Below, piece by piece: positions 48,290 through 57,643 of a stretch of DNA of 64,000 bases. Origin of the DNA: Candidatus Methylomirabilia bacterium (GTDB taxonomy: Bacteria > Methylomirabilota > Methylomirabilia > Rokubacteriales > CSP1-6). Location: assembly GCA_041496385.1 (NCBI GenBank), contig JBGQEL010000007.1, forward strand, positions 1 through 64,000. Direction: 5' to 3'. The position numbers and the translations under genes are program-made. Position 1 is the stretch's first letter, and every line of letters starts with the position of its first letter. The notes beneath the pieces were generated by a model that saw only the letters and a program-made list of their open reading frames with translations, was not told where the DNA came from and ran no database searches.

Positions 48290-48754
48290 CTACTGCACCT
48301 CGAGGATCATCTCGATCTCGACGGGGATCCCCATCGGGAGCTCGGCCATGCCGACGGCCGAGCGGGCGTGCCTGCCCACCGCCTCGCCGAACACCTGCAC
48401 CATGAGATCGGAGAATCCGTTGATGACCTTGGGCTGGTCGCCGAAGCCGTCGGCCGAGTTGACCATGCCCAGCACCTTGACGACGCGCGTGACCTTGTCG
48501 AGGCTCCCGAGGCTGGCTCGCGTCGTCGCGAGCAGCGAGAGGCCGACCTCGCGCGCCACCTGAGCGCCCTGCTCGACGGTCAGCTCGCGGCCGAGCTTGC
48601 CGCGGGCCGAGGGCTTGCCGTCGGTCCGGATGGGACCGTGCCCGGAGAGGAAGAGGAGGTTGCCGACGCGGACGGCGCCGACGTAGTTCGCGAGGGGCGT
48701 GGTGGGTTGCGGCAGGACGATACCGAGCTCCTTCAGGCGTGTTTCCGCGCTCAT
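48290..48754 (-). CDS. RidA/YjgF family protein
   Basis: LFLSGHGP, VINGFSDL, HARSAVG, PVEIE. Confidence 0.9.
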   Translation of the reverse strand: MSAETRLKELGIVLPQPTTPLANYVGAVRVGNLLFLSGHGPIRTDGKPSARGKLGRELTVEQGAQVAREVGLSLLATTRASLGSLDKVTRVVKVLGMVNSADGFGDQPKVINGFSDLMVQVFGEAVGRHARSAVGMAELPMGIPVEIEMILEVQ

Positions 48755-48795
48755 GCGGACGTCTCCTTCGCGAATCGGATGACAGTGGCCGCGAA

Positions 48796-49611
48796 ATGGT
48801 GGCACACTACCTCGTGCCCGTCAAACCGACGCCGGCTCGGCCGGCCCCCGCCGCCACCCTCGTGCTGTTACGCGACCGGACGGCGGGTCCGTTCGAGGTC
48901 CTCCTCATTCGTCGCCACGGGGCCTCGAAGTTCGCCGCCGGCGACTTCGTCTTTCCGGGAGGCAAGCTCGAGGTCGACGACACTCCCGACGACGCTCCGG
49001 CGTGGTGCCGGGGTCTCGACCTCGGCGCGGCGGCGCGTGCGCTCGGGCTCGGGCCCGGCGCGGCCGTGGGCTACTGGATCGGCGCGATCCGCGAGACGTT
49101 CGAGGAGGTCGGGATCCTGCTCGCCTACGGGCCCGACGGCGCGCCCGTGCGCGCGACCGGTGCGCGGTTCGCCGAGTATCGCCGCGCCTGTCAGGCCGAC
49201 AACCGCGCCTTCTGGGCGATGCTCCGCGCCGAGCGCCTCACGCTCGCCACCGACGGGCTCGTGTACTTCGCTCACTGGATCACGCCCGTCGTGAATCCCT
49301 ACCGCTTCGACACCCGCTTCTTCGCGGTCGCGGCGCCGGCCGGGCAGGAGGCCGCCGCCGACGAGCGCGAGATCACCGAGGTGCGCTGGCTGGCGCCGCG
49401 CGAGGCGCTCGACGCGAACGCGCGCGGTGAGCTCCCGCTGCGCGCGCCGACGATCAAGAATCTCCTGCTCTTCGACGGCGCCGCGGCCTCCACCGAGGCG
49501 CTCGCGCGGCTCGCCGGCCGTCCCGTTCGGACGATCATGCCCAGGGTGATCGGGGAGGGGGCCGCGCGTCGCGTGCTGCTGCCGGGCGAACCCGGCTACG
49601 ACGACCCGTAG
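48796..49611 (+). CDS. NUDIX hydrolase (Nudt19-like)
   Basis: AATLVLLRD, VFPGG, RETFEEVG, WITP...RFDTRFF; start may be GTG 48814. Confidence 0.88.
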   Translation: MVAHYLVPVKPTPARPAPAATLVLLRDRTAGPFEVLLIRRHGASKFAAGDFVFPGGKLEVDDTPDDAPAWCRGLDLGAAARALGLGPGAAVGYWIGAIRETFEEVGILLAYGPDGAPVRATGARFAEYRRACQADNRAFWAMLRAERLTLATDGLVYFAHWITPVVNPYRFDTRFFAVAAPAGQEAAADEREITEVRWLAPREALDANARGELPLRAPTIKNLLLFDGAAASTEALARLAGRPVRTIMPRVIGEGAARRVLLPGEPGYDDP

Positions 49612-49672
49612 GCGCCGTCACGCCCACGGGGCCGACGAGGCCGAGGGGCCCCGGCCCGCATCGCATCCGCGA

Positions 49673-49894
49673 TCAGACGTACGCGAGAAGGCGTCCGCAC
49701 GCGATCACACCCGTCCAGAGCACCTGCGCGGCGAGCGCGGCGTGCGGGTGCTCGTATCCCGCCTCCTTGATCGTGCCGGTGAGCGTGAGCTCCTTGCTCG
49801 CGTCGTAGCCGCTCCAGCCGTGATGGGCCACCGCGGGCACGGCGAGCGCGAGGGCGCCGAGGAGCGCGAGGACGACGAGGAAACGGCTGGGCAT
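49673..49894 (-). pseudogene. Chimeric remnant: DUF6152-like N-terminus joined to the C-terminus of a membrane protein
   Basis: Signal peptide + AHHGWSGYD...GYEHPH, then abruptly AALAAQVLWTGVIACGRLLAYV*. Confidence 0.55.
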
Positions 49895-49908
49895 GGGAGA
49901 CTTCCCTG

Positions 49909-51147
49909 TCAGTCCGCGCCCTGGCCGGCCTTCCGCGAATTCACGAGGACGCCCATGTTGCCGTACGGGTGCCTGTTCTCGAGCATGAGCTGGTGGCACT
50001 CGGGGATGTCGTCGAAGTCGTAGGTCTTCGACAGACACGGGTCCACGCGGCCCTCGGCCACGAGCGCCGTGACGGCCGCCGCCTGCTGGTCGTTGGAGAG
50101 GTGACTGCCCTGGAACCGTTTCTGGCGCATCCAGTGATAACGCAGGTCGAGCGTCGCGTTGTAGCCGGTCGTGCCGGCGCAGATGACGACCATCCCGCCC
50201 GTCGCGCAGAGGAAGACCGAGGTCGGCAGCGTCGCCTCGCCGGGATGCTCGAACACGATCCTGGGGCTGAGCCGCTCGCCGAGCGCGTCCCAGACCGCCT
50301 TGCCGAAGCCGCGGGCGCCCTTCGCCCACTCCCCGTAGGCCCTGGCGTCCTTCGTGTCGGGCATCGGCCCCCAGTGGGAGAACTGGCTGCGATCGACGAC
50401 ACCGACGGCGCCGTGGTCGAGGCAGAACTTCTTCTTCGCCTCGTCGGAGACGACGGCGATCGCGCGACCGCCGATCGCCCGCGTGATCTCGAGCGCCATG
50501 CTGCCCAGCCCCCCCGCGCCGCCCCAGACCAGGACCGCGTCCCCGGGCTCGACGACGTGCGGAGGCCAGCCCATCAGCATCCGGTACGCCGTCGAGGCGC
50601 AGAGCAGGAAGCACCCGGCCGCCTCCCACGTGAGGCGCTTCGGCTTCGGGATGCACTGATGGGCCTGGGCGCGCGCGAACTGGCCGTAGCTGCCGTAGTT
50701 GGTCTGGTAACCCCAGATGCGCGTCGACTCGGCCAGCATCGGGTCCTTGCCCGAGCGCACCCAGGGATCGTCGGGACGCCACCAGCCGCTGTGGACGACG
50801 ACCTGGTCGCCGATCCTGACGCTCGTGACGTCTCGACCGACCGCCCAGACGATGCCCGAGCAGTCGCTGCCGCCCAGGTGGAAGTCCTCGGGCTCACCCG
50901 CCTTCTGCCGCTCGGCGATCACGTCGAGCGGCTGGCCCAGCGCGGCCCACACGTTGTTGTAGTTGATGCCCGAAGCCATGACGTAGATCAGCGCCTCGTC
51001 GGGACCGATCGGGGGCGTCGGTACCACTTCGCGCTTCCAGGCGTCGCGCGGCTGGCCGAAGCGGCTCTGGCGCACGAGGTAGGCGTGCATCTGCTTCGGC
51101 ACCTCGCCGAGCGGCGGCTTGTCTCCCAGGTCGTAGAGGTCTCTCAT
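49909..51147 (-). CDS. ccr: Crotonyl-CoA carboxylase/reductase (enoyl-CoA carboxylase/reductase family)
   Basis: GINYNNVWA, GGSDCSG, WGYQTNYGS, WGGAGGLG, FEHPG, WMRQKRFQGSH. Confidence 0.88.
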   Translation of the reverse strand: MRDLYDLGDKPPLGEVPKQMHAYLVRQSRFGQPRDAWKREVVPTPPIGPDEALIYVMASGINYNNVWAALGQPLDVIAERQKAGEPEDFHLGGSDCSGIVWAVGRDVTSVRIGDQVVVHSGWWRPDDPWVRSGKDPMLAESTRIWGYQTNYGSYGQFARAQAHQCIPKPKRLTWEAAGCFLLCASTAYRMLMGWPPHVVEPGDAVLVWGGAGGLGSMALEITRAIGGRAIAVVSDEAKKKFCLDHGAVGVVDRSQFSHWGPMPDTKDARAYGEWAKGARGFGKAVWDALGERLSPRIVFEHPGEATLPTSVFLCATGGMVVICAGTTGYNATLDLRYHWMRQKRFQGSHLSNDQQAAAVTALVAEGRVDPCLSKTYDFDDIPECHQLMLENRHPYGNMGVLVNSRKAGQGAD

Positions 51148-52160
51148 GCGTTGAACTCTTTGACGAGCCGCGGAAGGCGCGGGTCGTCGAGGCCGGGCTG
51201 GTAGGGCTGATAGAGCGCGGTCCGGTCGAGCAGCCCGGCGTAGCGCTCTCTCAGCGCGCGGCCGATCGTGTCGTACGTGCCGGTGACGGCGAAGGTGTCC
51301 ACCATCTCGTCGCTGATCAGGTCGGCCATGCCCTTCCAGTCGCCCTCGACCGACTTCCGGTGCAGCGCGGGCGTCAGGTCCTGCCAGCCGTGCGCCGCAA
51401 GCACCGGCTCGTAGGTGCGCGTCGAGGCGTAGAAGGAGATCTGCTGCTTCACCGCCTGCCTGTTCGCCGCCAGCTCCTGCTCGGTGTCGCCGACGACCAC
51501 GAAGGACGCGGTCGTGTAGGTGAAGTCCTCGCGCTTCCGGCCCGAGGCCGCGAGGCCGTCGTTCACGGCGGGCTGGACATACTCGCGCAGGTACTTCGGG
51601 CTGTTGAACGGGTGCACGTGGAGACCGTCGCAGACTTCGCCCGCGATCCGGCACATGTACTTGTTGACGCCCGCGATGTAGATGGGAATCGTCGGCTGCG
51701 CGATGGGGCCGGGATTGAAGAAGGGCGTCATCAGGTCGAAGCGGTAGAACTGCCCCTTGAAGTTGAGCTTCGTCCCGTTCTGCCAGCAGTCCCAGATGGT
51801 CCGGAGGGCCAGCACGATCTCGCGCATCTTCGGGCCCGGCGACTCGAACTTCACCGAGAATCGGCGCTCGTTGTGGCCCTTCACCTGGGTGCCGAGACCC
51901 AGGAGGAAGCGCCCGTCTGACGCCTTCTGCAGGTCCCAGGCGATGTGCGCCAGGACCATCGGACTCCGCGGAAACGTCACCGCGATCGCGGTGCCGAGTT
52001 TGATGGTCGAGGTGACGGTGGCCGCCACGGCGAGCGGCAGGAACGGATCGTGCTGGGTCTCCGAGGACCACAGGCAGTCGTACCCCATCGCCTCTACCCT
52101 GCGCGCGTAGCCGGGGATGGACTTGAGATCGTGGGTCAGCATGCCGACATCGAGTTTCAC
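51144..52160 (-). CDS. F420-dependent LLM-class oxidoreductase (TIGR03617-like)
   Basis: ETQHDPF, LGLGTQVKGHNERRFS, LMTPFFNPGP, FYASTR. Confidence 0.88.
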   Translation of the reverse strand: MKLDVGMLTHDLKSIPGYARRVEAMGYDCLWSSETQHDPFLPLAVAATVTSTIKLGTAIAVTFPRSPMVLAHIAWDLQKASDGRFLLGLGTQVKGHNERRFSVKFESPGPKMREIVLALRTIWDCWQNGTKLNFKGQFYRFDLMTPFFNPGPIAQPTIPIYIAGVNKYMCRIAGEVCDGLHVHPFNSPKYLREYVQPAVNDGLAASGRKREDFTYTTASFVVVGDTEQELAANRQAVKQQISFYASTRTYEPVLAAHGWQDLTPALHRKSVEGDWKGMADLISDEMVDTFAVTGTYDTIGRALRERYAGLLDRTALYQPYQPGLDDPRLPRLVKEFNA

Positions 52161-52227
52161 GGGCCTCTCCTTGTAGGGGGTGCCCTATTGTAGCGGGGTC
52201 GGCGGGGCCGCGACAGGGGGCGGGGTG

Positions 52228-52485
52228 TCAGCGCCCCTCGGCGCGCTCGCCCCGCAGCGTCATCACGGTCGAGCTGGCCTGCGCCACGAGGTGTTGCTGC
52301 GCGTCGGCGACGTCGCACAGGATGCCGCCGTGCAGCGTGCCCATCGGATTCGGGTGGCGCTCCGTCGCCTCGAACTCGAGCACGGCACGGCCCGGCTCCA
52401 CGCGCGTGGGCGCGAATCCGATCAGCGTCGCGATCGGAGGCGGGGGGAGCTCCCCCCGCTGCATCTTCAGGATCAGGTCGAGCAT
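52228..52485 (-). pseudogene. PaaI/hotdog thioesterase with an internal in-frame deletion
   Basis: NPMGTLHGGILCDVADA directly followed by the C-terminal strand QQHLVAQASST; central helix and strands missing (85 aa). Confidence 0.7.
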
Positions 52486-52501
52486 CGTGGGCGTGGGCTC
52501 C

Positions 52502-52975
52502 TCACCGGCCGCGCTTGACGAGCATGGCGAAGACCATGGCGTGCGTCACGAACAGGGCCGGCACCACGAACGTGGGGATGTAGTACGCGGCGCCCAGGCT
52601 CACGCCGAGCCGGACGCCCCGCGCGACCGCGTTGAGCAGGTCGAGCGTGCCGACGACGTTGAAGAGCCAGACGAGCGCGAGCGCCGCCGGCCAGCGGGCC
52701 CGGAGGGCGACGATCGCCAGCAGCGCGAGGAGGGCCGCCAGCAGGTCGCCGTACGCCGCCGGAATCGCGAATGCGGGCTCGAGGGCTCCGCCCACGACCG
52801 CCGGAACGAGGAAGACCATGCCCATATGACGGAACGCGTGGAGAAACAGCAGCGGTGTCAGCGCGGATGCGAGCGGCAGGGCCGCCAGGGCCGGCGCCAG
52901 ATACCAGCGGGCGATGAGCGCGTAGAGGATCAGGCTGAGCAGGAACTGCATGCCGAAGATCTGCAAGGTCGTCAT
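52502..52975 (-). CDS. Hypothetical membrane protein
   Basis: About 5 TM segments, AYGDL, FNVVGTLD; ATGA overlap with MATE stop. Confidence 0.75.
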   Translation of the reverse strand: MTTLQIFGMQFLLSLILYALIARWYLAPALAALPLASALTPLLFLHAFRHMGMVFLVPAVVGGALEPAFAIPAAYGDLLAALLALLAIVALRARWPAALALVWLFNVVGTLDLLNAVARGVRLGVSLGAAYYIPTFVVPALFVTHAMVFAMLVKRGR

Positions 52976-54348
52976 GGGTTTCTCCGTTCATTCCAGGCGC
53001 CCAGATGGATGGCGCCCGCCAGAATGCCGCCGAAGAGCACGAGGGCCGCCGCCATCACGGCGAACAGCGCGCCGAGACCGCCGCCGGCCCAGTGGAGGAC
53101 CACCCAGCCACCCGCCGCCGCCACGGTGAGACGCGTCGCGCCCGCGAGCAGCGGCCAGAGCAGCCGGCCGGCGCCCTGCGAGGCGAAGTAGAGCGCGAGC
53201 CCGAGGCCGAAGAATCCATACGTCGGACCGACCACGCGCAGGTACGCGGCGCCGGCGGCGATGACCTCGGGCTCGGCGCTGAAGAGGCGGAGCCACGCGT
53301 GTGGAAAGAGGGCGGCCGCGAGCCCGATCGCCTCGGTCACGCCGGCCGCCATCGCGGCGCCGGTCCATGCCACGCGGCGGCCGCGCTCGCGCCGGCCCGC
53401 GCCGACGTTCGTGCCAACCATCGTGACGAGAGCCGAGCCGAAGCCGAAGACGAGCGGGATCTGGAGGTATTCGAGGCGCGCGCCCATGCCGTACCCGGCG
53501 AGCGCGAAGGTCCCGAACGGGCCGACCAGCGCCGTGAGCAGGACGACCGTGAGGTTCGTCTGGACGTTGTTCACGAGGCTCGGCGCCCCGACCCTCAGGA
53601 TGTCGACGAAGAGGGCGCCCCGGAGGCGCGCGGCGGACGCCGTGAGCCGGACGAGACTCCGGCCCGAGAGCAGGTAGCCGAGGAACACGAGCGTGCCGAG
53701 CGTGTAGTACGCCACGACGGCGACCGCCGCGCCCCGTACGCCGAGCGCGGGCAGGGGACCCCAGCCGAAGATGAGCGCCGGGGAGAGGGCCAGGAGCACC
53801 ACGCTGCCGCCGAGCGCCACCCCCGCCGGCAGACGCATGTTGCCGGTGCCGCGGACGACCGCGGCGAGCGTGTTGAAGAGCCAGACCGCCGCCGCGCCGG
53901 CGAAGATCACGTTCGAGTAGGCGAGCGCCGCCGCGAGCGCGCCGTCACGCGCGCCCATGGCGCGGTAGATGGCCGGCCCGCCGCCGAGGATCGCCGCGCT
54001 GAAGGCCGCGGCCATCGCGAGCGCGATCACCAGCGCGTGCGCGACGAGCGCACTCGCGTCCGCCCGGCGGCCGGCGCCGAGCGCGCGCGCGACCGCCGCG
54101 GAGACGCCGCCGCCCATCCCCCCGGCGGACATCGTCTGCATGAGCATGACCAGGGGAAAGGTGACCGAGACGCCGGCCAGCGCGTCGGCACCGAGCCAGC
54201 CGACGAAGTAGGCCTCGAGGACGTTGATCGCCACCTGCGCGACGAGCATGACCACGTTGGGCGCGGCCAGCACGAGGAGCGTGGGGGCGATGGGCCCCTC
54301 GAGGAGGCGGCGCGTGGCCGGGGCGAGCGGGGTCTCGATGGAGGCCAT
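52972..54348 (-). CDS. MATE family efflux transporter
   Basis: 12-TM pattern, LGADALAG, RGTGNM, GTNVGAG. Confidence 0.9.
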   Translation of the reverse strand: MASIETPLAPATRRLLEGPIAPTLLVLAAPNVVMLVAQVAINVLEAYFVGWLGADALAGVSVTFPLVMLMQTMSAGGMGGGVSAAVARALGAGRRADASALVAHALVIALAMAAAFSAAILGGGPAIYRAMGARDGALAAALAYSNVIFAGAAAVWLFNTLAAVVRGTGNMRLPAGVALGGSVVLLALSPALIFGWGPLPALGVRGAAVAVVAYYTLGTLVFLGYLLSGRSLVRLTASAARLRGALFVDILRVGAPSLVNNVQTNLTVVLLTALVGPFGTFALAGYGMGARLEYLQIPLVFGFGSALVTMVGTNVGAGRRERGRRVAWTGAAMAAGVTEAIGLAAALFPHAWLRLFSAEPEVIAAGAAYLRVVGPTYGFFGLGLALYFASQGAGRLLWPLLAGATRLTVAAAGGWVVLHWAGGGLGALFAVMAAALVLFGGILAGAIHLGAWNERRNP

Positions 54349-54358
54349 GTAACTTGTT

Positions 54359-54386
54359 ATTCTATAGTGACTAGCTTTTCTGTCAA
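54359..54386 (-). promoter_or_regulatory. Sigma70 promoter for MATE, overlapping a probable HxlR operator
   Basis: TTGACA-N16-TAGAAT on the minus strand in an AT-rich intergenic segment. Confidence 0.65.
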
Positions 54387-54406
54387 GCGCCCGCTATACT
54401 CGATGC

Positions 54407-54862
54407 GTGCCCAAGCGCTACGGTCAGCCGTGCCCGGTCGCGAAGTCGCTGGAAGTCGTCGGCGAACGATGGACCCTGCTCCTCGTGCGCGACCTCCTCC
54501 AGGGGCCGAAGCGCTTTCAGGATCTTGCGCAGAGCCTCAGGGGCATCGCGCCCAACATCCTGTCGGACCGGCTGAAGCTCATGGAACGGCACGGGCTCGT
54601 GGCGCGCCGCTTCTACTCGGAGCACCCGCCGCGCGCGGAGTACGCGCTGACGGACAAGGGCCGGGAGCTCGGCATGGTCGTCGGGGCCCTGGCGTCCTGG
54701 GGCTCGCGTCACGTCCACCGGCAGGCGGCGCTGGTCCACGCCGAGTGCGGTCACCCGGTGGAGGTGCGCTACTTCTGCCGGCACTGCGCCGATCGCGTGC
54801 GCGGCGCGGCGGTCGCGCTCCGGCACGCGCCGGCCACGCGGTCGTCCGGGAGGCGCGGCTAG
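54407..54862 (+). CDS. HxlR family winged-helix transcriptional regulator
   Basis: CPVAKSLEVVGERWTLL, RF, LSDRLK, EYALTDKG. Confidence 0.92.
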   Translation: MPKRYGQPCPVAKSLEVVGERWTLLLVRDLLQGPKRFQDLAQSLRGIAPNILSDRLKLMERHGLVARRFYSEHPPRAEYALTDKGRELGMVVGALASWGSRHVHRQAALVHAECGHPVEVRYFCRHCADRVRGAAVALRHAPATRSSGRRG

Positions 54863-55980
54863 GTCGGGTGCACCCGCCGTGAGAGCGCGTCGAGGGTGGC
54901 GCGCGCCTCGTCGACGATGCGCGCGACGACCTCGCGCGCGCCCGGCAGGCCGTGGATCAGGCCCACCGACTGGCCGGCCGGCATCGGAAAATGCTCGGGA
55001 TCCTGCAGCTCCCTGGCCTTGCCGAAGACGTCCTGGGCCGCGCGCGACTGGACGAGCGCGGCGAACACGGGCGCGCCGGACGCCCGGTACTCGGCGATGA
55101 ACGTGTTGCCGAGGTAGCGGGCCTGGAGGCCGGTGACGGTGTCCGTGACGGTGGTTTCCTCACCGCTGCGCTCCAGCAGCGCCTTTTTCCAGAACTCCGG
55201 GGCGCCCGACTCGCGCGTCGCGACGAAGCGTGTGCCCAGCAGCACCCCGCTCGCGCCGAGCGCCAGGGCGGCGACCAACCCGCGCCCGTCGGCGATCCCA
55301 CCGCTGGCGATCACGGGCACGCCGACGGCGTCCACCACCTGCGGCACCAGCGCCACCGTGCCGACGCTGACCGACTCGGCCGAGCGGGGCTTGCCCCACG
55401 TCGAGCGGTGGCCGCCGGCTTCGCTTCCCTGCGCGACCACGACGTCGACGCCACTGGCGACGACGGCGCGCGCGTCGGCGACGGTCGTGACCATCGCCAT
55501 CACCTTGATTCCGCGCGCGTGGCACTCACGGGTCATGGCAGAGCCCGGATCGCCGAGGCCCACGGACCAGACCGCCGGTCGCTCGTCGAGGATCGTCTGA
55601 AAGGCGCCGTCGATCACGTCGGGCACGGCGGGTGGGCGCGCGAGCGTCGCCGGGAGCCCGAGCCGGAGTCGGAAGACGTTGAGTGAGGACTGGACGGCGC
55701 GCACGGTGCCCTCGGGGATCGTCGCCACGTCCGCCGGCGGACGGAGCTCGGGATGGAGCCACAGATTCACGCCGAACGGGCGGCGCGTGAGCGCCCGGAC
55801 CTGTCGGATCCCCTCGCGGAGCTGTTCGGGCGTGAGGTTCAATCCGGCGAGGATCCCGAGGCCGCCGGCCTCGCACACCTCGGCCACGAGCTCGGGACCG
55901 GCGACGCCGCCCATGCCCGACTGGACGATCGGGTACTCCATGCCGAGCAAGTCGCAGAGCTCAGTGTGGAACGCGCTCAT
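54859..55980 (-). CDS. Nitronate monooxygenase / FabK-like flavoprotein
   Basis: YPIVQSGMGG, QGSEAGGH, SGGIADG, GTRF, AGQSVG. Confidence 0.88.
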   Translation of the reverse strand: MSAFHTELCDLLGMEYPIVQSGMGGVAGPELVAEVCEAGGLGILAGLNLTPEQLREGIRQVRALTRRPFGVNLWLHPELRPPADVATIPEGTVRAVQSSLNVFRLRLGLPATLARPPAVPDVIDGAFQTILDERPAVWSVGLGDPGSAMTRECHARGIKVMAMVTTVADARAVVASGVDVVVAQGSEAGGHRSTWGKPRSAESVSVGTVALVPQVVDAVGVPVIASGGIADGRGLVAALALGASGVLLGTRFVATRESGAPEFWKKALLERSGEETTVTDTVTGLQARYLGNTFIAEYRASGAPVFAALVQSRAAQDVFGKARELQDPEHFPMPAGQSVGLIHGLPGAREVVARIVDEARATLDALSRRVHPT

Positions 55981-57638
55981 GCCGTCGCTCCTCTCCCCAG
56001 CTCCCGGATCGCCTGGTCGCGGAGCTTGCCGCGCTGGACCTTGTCGCCGTGCGGGCCCGGCGTGCGCGGCACGTCCTTCACGAAGCGGATAGCGATCGGG
56101 ATCTTGTACGAGGCGATCTTGCCGCGGCAGAAGGCGCGAAGCCCCTCCTCCGTGAGGAGCGCGCCCTCCCTCAGGATCGCATAGGCGACGGGCGCCTCGT
56201 TGAGCTTCGGATCGGGCACGCCGACGACGAACGCTTGAGCCACGTCGGGGTGCGACATCAGGAACGCCTCGATCTCCCCGGGCGCCACCATGAAATGGCT
56301 GATCCTGAGGGTCTCCTTGAGGCGCCCCTTGAAGATCGTGCGGCCGACTTCATCCTGGACTCCGAGATCGCCCGAGCGGAACCACCCGTCCTCGGTGAAG
56401 GCCTTCGCCGTCTCGTCGGGCTTCTTGTAGTAGCCGCGTGTGACGCACGCGCCGCGGAACTGCAGCTCGCCCTCTTCGCCGGGCCGGCATGGCGCGCCCG
56501 TTTCCGCGTGGACGACGCGGACCTCCAGCCCCGGTGGCGCGTGGACGCCCGGGAGGCGCCGGATCTCGGCCGGCTCGTCGAGATGATGGTAGAGCGCCAT
56601 CGCGTTCACCTCGGTCATCCCGTAGGGCTCGTAGCCCTGGCCGACGCCGATCCGCTCGAGCCACGCCTCGAAGAGGCGGTGGCCGCCACCGCCGACCGAG
56701 CCGATCGCGCCCGTCCGCAGCGACGAGCGGTCGTAGCGATCGAGATCGGGATGCTCGAGCATCGCCTGGACCATCGCGTCGACGGCGTTCCAGACCGTGC
56801 AGCGCTCGCGCTCGATGAGCTGAAGCGCGCGCAACGGATCGTAGACGTCCATGAGGACCAGGCAGGCGCCATGGCTCCACGTCGTGAGCGGGATGTTGAC
56901 GCCGCCCCATGTGCCGGCGGCCGGGAGCGCGTGCAGCACGCGATCCTCCGGCGTCAGACGCAGCACCTCGCCGACGTTCCAGCCGTGAGGTACGCAGTTC
57001 CGGTGGCTGATCACCGCTCCCTTGGGAAACGACGTCGTCCCCGACGTGTACAGAATGGTGAAGACGTCGTCCGGACCCGGGGGCGGCGAGAGTGGCGGGG
57101 AACCCTCCGTCGCCGCCACGGCCCCGAGCTCGGACACGTCTCGCAATCGGTGGCAGCCGGGGTAGGGGTCGTCGGCGTCCACGATGACGTGCCGCAGGGA
57201 CGGGAGCGTCGGGCTCTCGATCTCTCCGGGAGTCGACGTGGGAAGCCCGGGCAGGACCTCGTGCAGCGTCTCGAAGTAGTCGATTCCGCCGAGATGGTCC
57301 GCGATCAACAGCGCCTTCGTGTCCGACTGGCCGAGGATGTAGGTCAGCTCGTGCGCCCGGTAGCGCGGGTTCAGCGCCACCACGATCGCGCCGAGTCGTG
57401 CGCACGCGTGCTGGGCGAAGAACCACTCGGGCCGGTTCGGCAGCCAGATGGCGACCTTGTCGTCCCGGCCGATGCCGAGTGCCTTAAGCCCACGGGCGAG
57501 TCGGTCCACCTCCGCGCGGAACTCGGCGAAGGTCACGCGCCGGTCGTCGAACACCATCGCGAGGCGCTCGCCGTGGCGCTCCGCGACGGCGTCGAGCATC
57601 GAGACGGCGGTCGCGTCGGCGAACGGGTTCTGCGGCAG
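55977..57638 (-). CDS. AMP-binding acyl-CoA synthetase (start uncertain: CTG 57638 or ATG 57599)
   Basis: YTSGTTSFPKG, YGMTE, GWFRSGD, GDK. Confidence 0.85.
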   Translation of the reverse strand: MPQNPFADATAVSMLDAVAERHGERLAMVFDDRRVTFAEFRAEVDRLARGLKALGIGRDDKVAIWLPNRPEWFFAQHACARLGAIVVALNPRYRAHELTYILGQSDTKALLIADHLGGIDYFETLHEVLPGLPTSTPGEIESPTLPSLRHVIVDADDPYPGCHRLRDVSELGAVAATEGSPPLSPPPGPDDVFTILYTSGTTSFPKGAVISHRNCVPHGWNVGEVLRLTPEDRVLHALPAAGTWGGVNIPLTTWSHGACLVLMDVYDPLRALQLIERERCTVWNAVDAMVQAMLEHPDLDRYDRSSLRTGAIGSVGGGGHRLFEAWLERIGVGQGYEPYGMTEVNAMALYHHLDEPAEIRRLPGVHAPPGLEVRVVHAETGAPCRPGEEGELQFRGACVTRGYYKKPDETAKAFTEDGWFRSGDLGVQDEVGRTIFKGRLKETLRISHFMVAPGEIEAFLMSHPDVAQAFVVGVPDPKLNEAPVAYAILREGALLTEEGLRAFCRGKIASYKIPIAIRFVKDVPRTPGPHGDKVQRGKLRDQAIRELGRGATA

Positions 57639-57643
57639 GGCGG

